Shown in pieces: positions 11,312 through 20,626 of a stretch of DNA of 23,185 bases. Under the pieces are notes generated by a model. The model saw only the letters and a list, made by a program, of their open reading frames with translations, was not told the DNA's origin and ran no database searches. Source of the DNA: Anthoceros angustus (Eukaryota; Plantae; Anthocerotophyta); contig VJWM01000391.1 in assembly GCA_010909165.1 (NCBI GenBank), positions 1 to 23,185 of the forward strand, read 5' to 3'. The position numbers and the translations under genes are program-made. How positions within the stretch are numbered: position 1 is the stretch's first letter; each line of letters starts with the position of its first letter.

Positions 11312-11395
11312 TAAGTGTGTTTTTTGTTGTGGTTTTTGTTTGTTCTTTAGGCTGTCTGTGTTCCTTGTCCACTCTAATGCTGTTGTGGCTTGCAG

Positions 11396-13400
11396 ATGGC
11401 ACCTAAAAGGAAACCCACTAGGCCTTCAGGACCGGGAAAGAAGCAAGGGTCCCCGGTCAAGTCATGGCTAAGCTGCACACTAGATGGTCAAGTCACCGCT
11501 CCACATCGCAACTCATCCACCGCAGGATGATGGTAAAGTTGATGGTGTGTTGGTGCAGTGAAGGAACATATTTAGTTCCAAAAAGGCATTCCTAACCGCC
11601 AAGGCACTTCTCATCCAAGAAGGATGCTCGACGTCCGAGAGTTTTGTGAAGAGAGAAGGGTGACACTGACCTGTGGCATTGGTTGAAGGTCCTCTTGAGA
11701 TTACTAACTATGTCCCATTGTCGAGAGGGGTCCATTGTGGGGAGAATGATTTCTTGATAACCGACGATCCCATGGTTGTGAGTGCCGCCAAAGCCTCGGA
11801 GTCTAGAGATTTGTGTGCTGTTGAACAGATGCTTCTGTGGGCGCTTTCCATGCCTTGTGGTTCCCGACCGAGTCATCCCCGATCAAGAAGTGCTCGATAT
11901 GTTTGAGAGGCTAAAGTGTCCCAAGATGACTTTGCCATGGGTATGGAGGAAATTGATGATGAAGAAATTTTCGAGAGCGGATTTGACCCGTAGTCGGAGG
12001 GAGCTGGAATGATGCTTTGAGTGGTGGGAGGATAGGTCAAACGGAATAACCGTGTCAAGTCCCTGTGGCCTTTATGAAAGTGAGTGGGGTGGGATGGGAT
12101 ACTGAGGATATTCCTCACAAGGATCTAAATCTTATTCGATACCTTTTTCCATCAAGTTCGAATCAAGGACAGGATTTTCTCGTAAACGTAAGTAGTGATG
12201 TTTTCTTACTTGTTGATTTTGATAGTTCGACTTTCCTTTCACATGACCGATTGCCGATCTTCACTTGTGCGTGATGTCTTTCTTTCGTGGGTTTAACCGA
12301 TTTTAACAAGGAAGTGCATCTCGAACCAAAGCCGGTTCTCGATGTTCTTGATCAACATGTTTCATGGAATTTTCCATGGGGCCCTACGGTTGCCCATGAA
12401 AATCAGCAAGGACCTTGGGATTGTGTCATGTCGAAAAGAGGTGAAGTTGATTACGATGATGATGATTCTTTCACACAGAGATCATCAATGCTCATTTTGG
12501 GCTCAAAAGGTAATATTGTTGGTTTTGGGGTGCACTTTGATTGTTCATTTATGGTCTAAACCGAGCCCTTATGCTTATATTGTTTGCGGTGTGCATATTT
12601 TGCATGACCAGTTTGGAGTTCGAGGTGGTGAAGAGTTACATAACCCGCTCATTAGGGACTTCTCATTTGCATCGATTCAAAAGGACCTTTTGTTCGAGGT
12701 GTAGTCTTTTGTTTCTTTGTTTGATGTTTTGATGTATCAGATTGAGCTTTCTTCGGTGAAGAACGGCATTCAAAAATTACAAAGTGGATATGAAGAACTA
12801 CCAGAGTGAGCATTTCCAAAAAGGTCAAGATCTACGAAAAGGACGCCATCGAAACTTTAAAGTCATATTGATCACTCTCCCAAGTGGTCTCGACATGACA
12901 AGAATTTGTCAATTCGTGGGTTTCTCTTCAATTCAACCATTGATAACCCAAGATCAATGTAAGTTTTTGGTTTATTGGGCTTGAGTTTTGTGGTTTGTAT
13001 TTACTAACTGCTTGTTTTTTGTTCGGCTTGGTATGCAAAACTTCGTGTTTCAAAAGGAATGTTGTCAAGGTTTATGAAGACCATGGTCAAGTAAATGGGC
13101 TTGTTGGCTACTACAAATAAGAGCCGTGTAACGATGATTACACGCTTGACGGCTCGTGCCCTCGGCCGGGAGAAGTGACCGCCATAAACGGATGCTGGAT
13201 TTTCAAGGTAATATGTTGTGAAGCTTGTGACATTTGAGTCTTTGTATGTTCCTTTCTCCTTATGTTTTGCGATATGATGCTCGTCAAGCAAAACAGTAGC
13301 CGCAAGAGTTCTTGTCGTGAACGAGCGATCTTATCGGAGCTTTTAAATGAAGAACTCAATCGGATGGATGATTTAAGGGTGTTCTTCCACAACTGTTGAA
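11396..13400 (+). pseudogene. Intron-containing tyrosine recombinase of the Crypton/DUF3504 type, frameshifted
   Basis: Motifs appear in order: GALRLPMKISKDLG..RKEVKLIT (~12377-12460), FGVRGGEELHN (Arg 12621-12623), EERHSKNYKVD (12758-12789, one-base shift), WYAKLRVSKGMLSRFMKTM (13029-13085), TNKSRVTMITRL (13113-13148), EVT(G)HK (His 13183-13185) and DAGFSR|YD across a predicted intron (Tyr 13273-13275). T-rich GT-AG-like introns separate the blocks. Confidence 0.8.
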
Positions 13401-14847
13401 TGTAACTCGAAATAGTATTTTCTAGTCACCAAGATCGCCTTGCAAGTGCAACACGTTAGTAATGTAAGTGTTTGAGATTTGTATCAAGTATGTAGGGACT
13501 TGTGTCAAAATCGTGTCCCGACTTGTTGATTTGTGTGTCTTTCCTCGTGGCCACTCCCGTTATTCATCATGAAAGCGCACTCGAACAATGTTGGACCGAA
13601 TCGAGTTTTCGCACCATGTGGTCCACTGTCTTGAAGTTCGTTGGTATTGTGAAGTTGCTTTGTTGTAGTCCGCCATGTTTTTTTTAATCATAGTGGTTTT
13701 GTTTTTACCGGGTGCACCTTCAAAGCATTGCCAAGGCATCGATGGATACTAGCGACCAACGAGGTGTTCTAGTGAAATTCCATATGTTGACAAGGTTGAT
13801 TCTTTGTCGCTTGTTTGTTGTTTTCATTCATTTTGGAGTTTCGATTGTGTTCTTCTTGGCGATTGTGAATCCTTCGACTAGTGTAAGGGCCATCCCCTCA
13901 TTTCAACATTGATACAGAGGGAAGTGGATGATGGCCCTCCGTTGGAGGGCATTGTGCAGAGTGAGTGTGATCATCATCCGGTTAACCAGATGTGTGGCCG
14001 TGGTAGCACCTCGATATATTGCAGGATCGCAAATGGAAATGGTGGCTTTGAGCAGCTTGGATCTCCGAGAACGGAATTGGAGAATGACAAATTGAAACAG
14101 AAAATGGAGTTTCAGCAAAAGGATTTGGAGGCACTTATAGAGAGAGAGGCGGGTTGAATTACGAGTCTCTAAGCAAAGAGAGAAAGCCCTTGAGATTCGT
14201 GAGAGAAATGGAGAGGAGACAAGAGCATATTAAGCATCAAGAGAAATGCAGCAGAAGAGGCAAGAGGTTCGGAGATTACAGTGGGAAAGACAACAGGAGC
14301 GAGGATGTGCCTCGAGATATTTCAATCGCTATCTCGCGAAAATCCGCCGATCGGTAAGCTTTATGCTTTTATTAATCGTAGATTGAAAATTAATGGTTGT
14401 GTTGTTTTAGGTTGTGACCTTGGGAAGATGGTCAATTTATTTCCAATTGGTTCAATTATGATAATGTACAAGTACCAATCAAGCCAAGTGGTCGGAAAAT
14501 TACATTTTCAATCAGTATAATTGCAGTAATTTCCCAAAATAAGGTGAGTATCAATGTTTTTAGTGTTTACTAGTAGCCGTAATTACGGTTTGGGTGCTAA
14601 TTTTGGTTTTGTTTGTAGGTTTTGTTGTTGCAGAGTTCACTCTATAATCGTATTTACTCTTCATTAGTTGAAGTATTATGCATCGGATATACAGAAACTC
14701 GCAAAGAAAAGGTTCTTTGTTGGTTTTTGTATATCCCGGATCCGCATGAATATTATTTAACAGAAAATGTTTTGTCAGATTAGCGATTTTGGTGGGATTT
14801 CTAGAATGAGCTTCTACTAGACGCACCTGGTATTCACTTGGTCGTCA

Positions 14848-14929
14848 TGTTTTCTACTCTAGTGCTCTGTTTTCTACCATGGTGGTAGATTATATCCACC
14901 CCACTTGGCATGTGTTTTCTACTATAGTG
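14848..14929. repeat. Three copies of a 17-bp motif; two read CACTA... on the minus strand
   Basis: TGTTTTCTACTCTAGTG (14848-14864), TGTTTTCTACCATGGTG (14868-14884) and TGTTTTCTACTATAGTG (14913-14929). Confidence 0.7.
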
Positions 14930-14959
14930 TAATGAATTTTACTATACTGGGTAAAATAA

Positions 14960-15587
14960 TGGCCAAAAGGCCGATTCTCTCTCTAAAATTCACCGCACTA
15001 CCCCTAAAAACTAAGCTGGGCGCTGAGTCTGACGAGACCACGCCTTCATGCAATGCATTGTCTCGACTCTAACATAGTCTCCTTCGAGTCTCAAGTTGCG
15101 GTCCTGTTCGATAGTTCAAGGCGAAAACGGCGAGAAGACTCCAAAACGACAAGGCAAGGCCCCTCAAGAGCACGTGCCTTCACCGATTTTCACAAGATGG
15201 CCTCAAGAGACTGAACACAAGGAAAAGGAGGCATAGTAGGGGTGGCCTCGAGGCCTACTCCAAGAGATGCAGCTTATATGGAAATCCCTCTCCCAAAGTG
15301 GATTCTCGGCGACGAGGTCTACATGGAGAAAGAGTGGGGCACAAGCTAAGTCTCTGCGGGTGAAGAAACAGAAGAGAGGAAGCGAAGAAACTTGAGCTAC
15401 ATATGACAGGAACTGGTGTGTGGGTCACATACGGCAGTAAGCAGCTGACTTGTAAGTTATGTTGAGAGTCTGTTGTTTACAAGGGAAGTGACTAATCATC
15501 CCCGTGGGTTTGTAGCTTTGACGGAGGAGTTTGCCAAGGCCGATAAGGCCAGAGAAGACCTGGTGAAGACACTCAAAAAACACAACA
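14960..15587 (-). mobile_element. Probable 3' LTR of the copia element
   Basis: It begins TGTTG at 15587 (minus strand) just after the polypurine tract. A TATA-like CATATAAG lies near 15280. The left boundary is not defined. Confidence 0.5.
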
Positions 15588-15589
15588 AA

Positions 15590-15597
15590 CTCCCACT
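15590..15597 (-). promoter_or_regulatory. Polypurine tract of the copia element
   Basis: AGTGGGAG on the minus strand, ~25 bp after the RNase H stop codon and 2 nt before TGTTG. Confidence 0.6.
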
Positions 15598-15621
15598 GGG
15601 GGATTAGAAAAGCAAACCAGG

Positions 15622-18600
15622 CTAATGAGCAGTGCTCTTAGTAGCAACAGCAGGGATCTCGCAAATGCCAGCAGAAGCAGTGTGTTTTTCATGTAATGGT
15701 TTTGACAAGGCCTTAGTGAGAAGGTCTGAAACATTGTCCGCAGTAGGAACATACGACACTGTTACCTCTCCTGATTCTGCTGCTTGATGAATAAAGTGAT
15801 GGCTAATTTCGATATGCTTGGACCTTGCATGGAACACAGAGAGTGCGATGGCTGATTGGTTGTCACATAATAATGGAGTGGGATCGAAGTTGTTGAAGTC
15901 CTTTGAGAAAATCTGATCCATATTATTTTGGAAGCTTGAGTCATGGTGCATACCGGCCACGAGGAAAGACATATGGTGGATAACTTCTGCCGGACCAGAA
16001 ACAATCAAGTGCCCATGAAAGTGCAATAGGCAGCAACATCAAGGCCGAGTGTCGATCCCAATCCGCATCGCAATAAGCTGAAAGAGCTAAACCGGTTGTG
16101 GACTTCGAAAAACGCAAGCCAAGTCGGGGAGTGCCTTTCAAGTATCGAAAGATACGTTTAACTGCAGTCCAGTGAGGGGGACCAGGGTTCTCTAAAAACT
16201 GACTCACAGCTCCCACTGCACGAGTAATGTCCAACCGTGTCCATCCAGAAAGGTAAATTAAGGAGCCAACAGCTTGTTGATAAGGAATGTTGGCCATGAG
16301 CTTCTTCTCCTCATCGGTAGTGGGACATTGCTCAACAGAAAGCTTCTCACCAAGTGCCATGGGAGTTGACACTTTGGTTTGCATCAAGCATATTAAACGC
16401 TGGAGGAGGATGAACAAAGTGATCCCGATGTATGTCAATAGTTCCAGAGTAGGATTGAGATGAAATCGACACCAAGGGAGAAGGTAAGTTCCCAAGGTCA
16501 TCATGTCAAACTTAGAAAGGTGATCGGCTTTGATGCGAGCCATAAGAGTAGTAATTGCTAAAAAGGAAATTGTCATATAAACTGTAAGGATCGAAAGTCG
16601 GCTCCATCCCATAAAATATATACACTGTCGCATTGAGGCGGTGGAGCTCCATCAAAAGCTTGTGAAACACCTCATACCAGGCTCGTGAAGCCTGCTTGAG
16701 TCCATAAAGAGTTTTGAGGAGCTTGCAAACCTTGTCGGTGTCAATGATAAAACCTTCAAGCTGAACCATATAGATGTCTTCCTCCAGCAAGCCATTCAAA
16801 AAAGCTGTTTTGACATCCAGTTGATGCACGAGGAGATTGTGATGAACTGCCAGGGCTAAAAGGATACGGACAGAGGTGGACTTGACAACAGGAGCAAATG
16901 TTTCATTGTAGTCAAGCCCTGGGATTTGGCTATAGCCCTTGGCCACTAGACGGGCCTTGTATCTTCCAACTGACCCATCGTGTTCAACTTTTCTTGAAAA
17001 CCCACTTACATTGAACGGTTTTCACCAGAGGGAGATCGACAAGCTTCCATGTCTTATTTTGGATGAGGGACTTATACTCGAATCTATGGCTTGCCAAAAG
17101 AGGCCTCGTGGCCTCGCTAAGGCTTCAGAGTTAAAGGCTCACCAAGGAAGTCAAACACCGAGAATGCTGCGTAAGAGAATTGTATGACTATATGCAGGGG
17201 CTCTTTCCACTCAGGCATAGGTCGACGGATGCGAGTGGAACGACGAGGAGGAGGGACTGAGTCGCCGTATTCGGGCTCTACGATGGGTGTGACAACAGGC
17301 TCAACTAACGAAGAGTCTGCATGGGGAATACCTGAGAGTTCACTATCATCACAAGGGCTGCTGGTGGTGGTGGAGATGTTGAAATGTCCATCATGTCTGA
17401 AGCCTTTTCATCTTCACCATCATTATAATCGGAAGCTGAAATTGGTTCCCTTATTTCCTGAGAAGGAGAAGCATCCTCGTCGTCAAAGAAACTGACCTCA
17501 TCAGTATCAACAAGAACTGTATCTTCTATGCCATGGATGGAAGAAGAAACAGGAGTCGCATCCGGAAGCAAAGCAGAAGACGGCGAAGAAGAGCGACCGT
17601 GGAAAACCACGCTCCTTGATAAAGTGAGTCGACGGGTGAGGGTTAAACAACTTGTAGCCCTTCACCTCCTCCGATGACAAAAACATGCCGAGATGCCTTG
17701 GGATCAAGCTTGAACGCAATGGAGGGAGAGCATAAGGAGCACCGAAAATTAGGTGTCGAACTCGGGGCTTCTTGCCCGTCCATCTTTCAAAAGGGGTCAT
17801 GGTGCCAAGCTCCTTTGTCGGCAGCCGATTCGTACATAGTTGACCATCAAAGCCGCCCAATACCCACGGTGAGTCCAAAGAGAGAGAAGCCAAAGTGGCT
17901 TCCTGTAGAGTTCTGTTTTTGCGTTCCGAGAAAGCATTCTGCTCTGGAGTGTAAGGAACTGTCAACTGATGAAGGATTCCTTCTTGGGTACAGAAGGATG
18001 CGAATGCGTGACTGGTGTACTCACCGCCATTGTTTGTTCGCAAGATTCGCACCTTACAGGAAGTCTGGCGTTGAGCATAGCGAACATAAGACTTGAAGCA
18101 GTCAAAAGCTTCACTCTTGTGTCGTAGAAAGAAAACTACACAATATCTGCTCCACTCGTCGATGAAGGTCAAGAAATACGCCCCCAAAGGAGCTAGTGGA
18201 CATGGGGCCATATGTCGCTATGCACAAGATAAGCAAGCCATCAAGACGGCTAAGGGCCATATCCTTAAAAGGCGTGAATGTGCCTTACTCAATTGACAGG
18301 ACTCGTATATGCCTTATCAAAAGGGAATTCAAGGGCTCACGATAACTCTCACCTTTGACAAGGGAACCGAGGCGTTGGAAATTGACATGTCCAAGACAGC
18401 CACAATTGTGTGGAAGGTACCTCATGGAATGAACCGATTGAGTAGAACCTAACATGCCTTGACGCTCGGAGGTACAGATCGTGAGAAGGTGAGCTGAGAA
18501 AGATGATGCCCTAACTTGAGTTTGTAACGTAGCACCCTTGCCGATCAAAACACACTCGGTAATGTTCTGTGACAACTTCGTGAGACATCAAGTTCTTAGT

Positions 18601-18825
18601 CATGGAAGGGACATAGAGAACCTTTGTGAGTGTAAGGTTTGAAGAGTCGCAAGGAAATGATAAGTAACACGAACCTTTGATAGAAAGTCCACTATCGCCC
18701 CTAATAAGACAAACGCTGGGCATCGCAGGGAGTGAAAGAAGAAAAAGCACTGTGAAAGCAAATATGACTTGTGGCTCTGAATCGAGAAACCATGTGTCGA
18801 TTGTACTTGTGTGGACGACAAACAA
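15622..18825 (-). pseudogene. Ty1/copia pol remnant: protease, GAG-pre-integrase, integrase, RT, RNase H
   Basis: Protease: DTWFLDS and LTKVLYVPSMTKNLMS. Pre-integrase: LGHVNFQRL. Integrase: YFLTFIDEWSRY, LRTNNGGEYTS (catalytic D to N) and TVPYTPEQNAFSERKNRTL. RT: AKGYSQIPGLDYNETFAPVVK, HQLDVKTAFLNG and LYGLKQASRAWYE. RNase H: AYCDADW, LLCDNQSAIAL, HARSKHIEI and DLLTKAL. The integrase-before-RT order is diagnostic of copia. Confidence 0.97.
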
Positions 18826-19706
18826 ACCGCTGGATAGTGGGCTGCTTAGCCTTAGCCGATGGTGACGTTGCTCGGAGGATGATCGCGCCTGGCTCTCCTC
18901 CTTTCTTCTACGGCGCCTCGTTCATAATGGCGAATCTTACCGATTGCACAAAAGTCTTCTTGTTGATTACATCTCGTTGTGGGTTCGAGTAGGAACCACG
19001 TCCTCTACCTCGACCTCGGAAGCCGCCTCGGCCTCTTGATGTAAACAATACTCTTGTGTTGTTGGAAGTGGAGCCCTTAGGCTTGTGAAAACTCCTTGTG
19101 CGCTCCTCATATATAAGGGCGCCAATTACCTCCTCGAGTGTTACCTTCGGTGGCTGGCCAGTAGTAGCTGCTTGAACAGCAGCATTCTAACTGCCAACAA
19201 AGTGCTGATAACTTTCTGGAAGTGAAGCCAAGATACTTATAGCTGCTTGAACTTCTATCAGCACTGTACCACAATAGGCAAGATTAGCACGAAGAGTCCT
19301 AAACTTGTTGATATAAGCCTCAACAGGCTCATTGTCCCGCATCCTCAAATTGAAGAAGTCTCATGCATGCACCGTGAGAACTCTTGTCCCGATATATAGA
19401 TCGGAAAACTTTCCACACATCCGCCGAGGTTTTGGCATCTATGGTGTGTGGCATCACATTTCTATCTAAGGAAAGAATGAGTATAGAACGAGCACGCCTA
19501 TCCTTACGCCTCCTGTGCTAGGATTTCTTGGCCGTTCTAATGTGTTGTCACCTTGGGTTCTGTGCCATCTACAATGGTCAACAGCTCATTCTCCTCAAAG
19601 ATTTGGATCTCATGGCCCGGATGTTGTAATCACTATTAAACCTATCCTTGTCCCCCGAACTCAATTTTCAAAGAGGGGACTACAGGAACACTTGGTGAAA
19701 CTACAT
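18826..19706 (-). pseudogene. Ty1/copia gag remnant
   Basis: The minus strand reads LKIEFGGQDRF, EENELLTIVDGTEPK and KDRRARSILILSLDRNVMPHTIDAKTSADVWKVF (UBN2/Retrotran_gag_2 pattern). A degenerate zinc knuckle lies near 18910-18955. Confidence 0.85.
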
Positions 19707-20375
19707 GATTTCGTGATTTAGAACTCTATCGTGACGCTTTGAAGTAGTTGCCTCTCTAATTTAAAAGGTGCGTGGGAAGTCCCACGCAGATGAGAGGTAG
19801 GTTCGAAAAAGGGATGAAATGTCCACGACCAATTCATCGAATCGAACTATCTCATAAATGTAAGAGAGAGAGCTACAACATGGTGCAAGGCGCTTGATGA
19901 CAAGTACGAAGGATTGGCGGGCATGAGGTCCTTCAGATCGCTTCACAAAACAAGTGGAGGGCCTTGTCTTTGTCCAACAACTTCTCGATAAATGCTTCCT
20001 CGACACACGACGCATCGCACGTCAAAGCTCTTTGTGGAGAGATGTCAGATAGTCCTCGCACACGCCCGGAGTTGGGGCTTTCTTCGTATGAGAAAAGCTC
20101 CTTGTCGCACGGTGGTATACCAGATGAAGGCGTTCGCGGGTTAGCGGCGTAGCCTTTACGGGGCAACTCCGGCCAGTTGACGAAGTCACCCGCTTGTCCA
20201 CAGATCTGCAAACAAAACAAGGGATTTGCTCCAAACAAGCTATGCATGGACGGGTCGGGCAAGGTCTCGTGTCGGTCGCAGGAAATCTGCGTCTTGGCAT
20301 CTTGATCTAAAGATGGCAAGATCAGGGTGTGTCGGATGCGTTGGCACCCATGCTAGTCGCCCAAATCTCGAAATA

Positions 20376-20388
20376 GGCTCTGATACCA
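20376..20388 (-). promoter_or_regulatory. Primer binding site complementary to initiator tRNA-Met
   Basis: TGGTATCAGAGCC on the minus strand, the canonical plant iMet PBS. Confidence 0.88.
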
Positions 20389-20626
20389 TAAAAGCTAAGA
20401 GAATAGCTATGGCAGGATCAACATGAGAGAGCCAAAGTGACCAAGAGCACAAGCGAAGAACACGAGAAGCAAAGCGTATGTGAGGAAAAAGGTTGATTGA
20501 TTAATGGAAAGAAACTATCTTATACAAAAAAGGTGAACGGTTATTTAACCGTCGGAACTGAAAATGCAAAACTACTTTAGCGGTTCATAGTTGTAACATA
20601 ACGCTTTTAGGCTATTTCTAATAGCA
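20389..20626 (-). mobile_element. Short (~238 bp) 5' LTR adjacent to the PBS
   Basis: An AT-rich block directly upstream of the PBS, starting TGCTATT at 20626 where composition switches to GC-rich coding sequence. It ends ...TTTTA rather than CA. An alternative start is TGTTACA at 20598. Confidence 0.55.

Noticed and set aside
12287-12559. JmjC-like motif LGSKGNIVGFGVHFD
   Set aside because: It lies in a predicted intron and off-frame relative to the recombinase. No other cupin motifs are present.
11396-13400. Bacterial or phage integrase contamination, or a DIRS retrotransposon
   Set aside because: The intron-like interruptions, nesting among plant TEs and absence of adjacent RT/RNase H argue against both.
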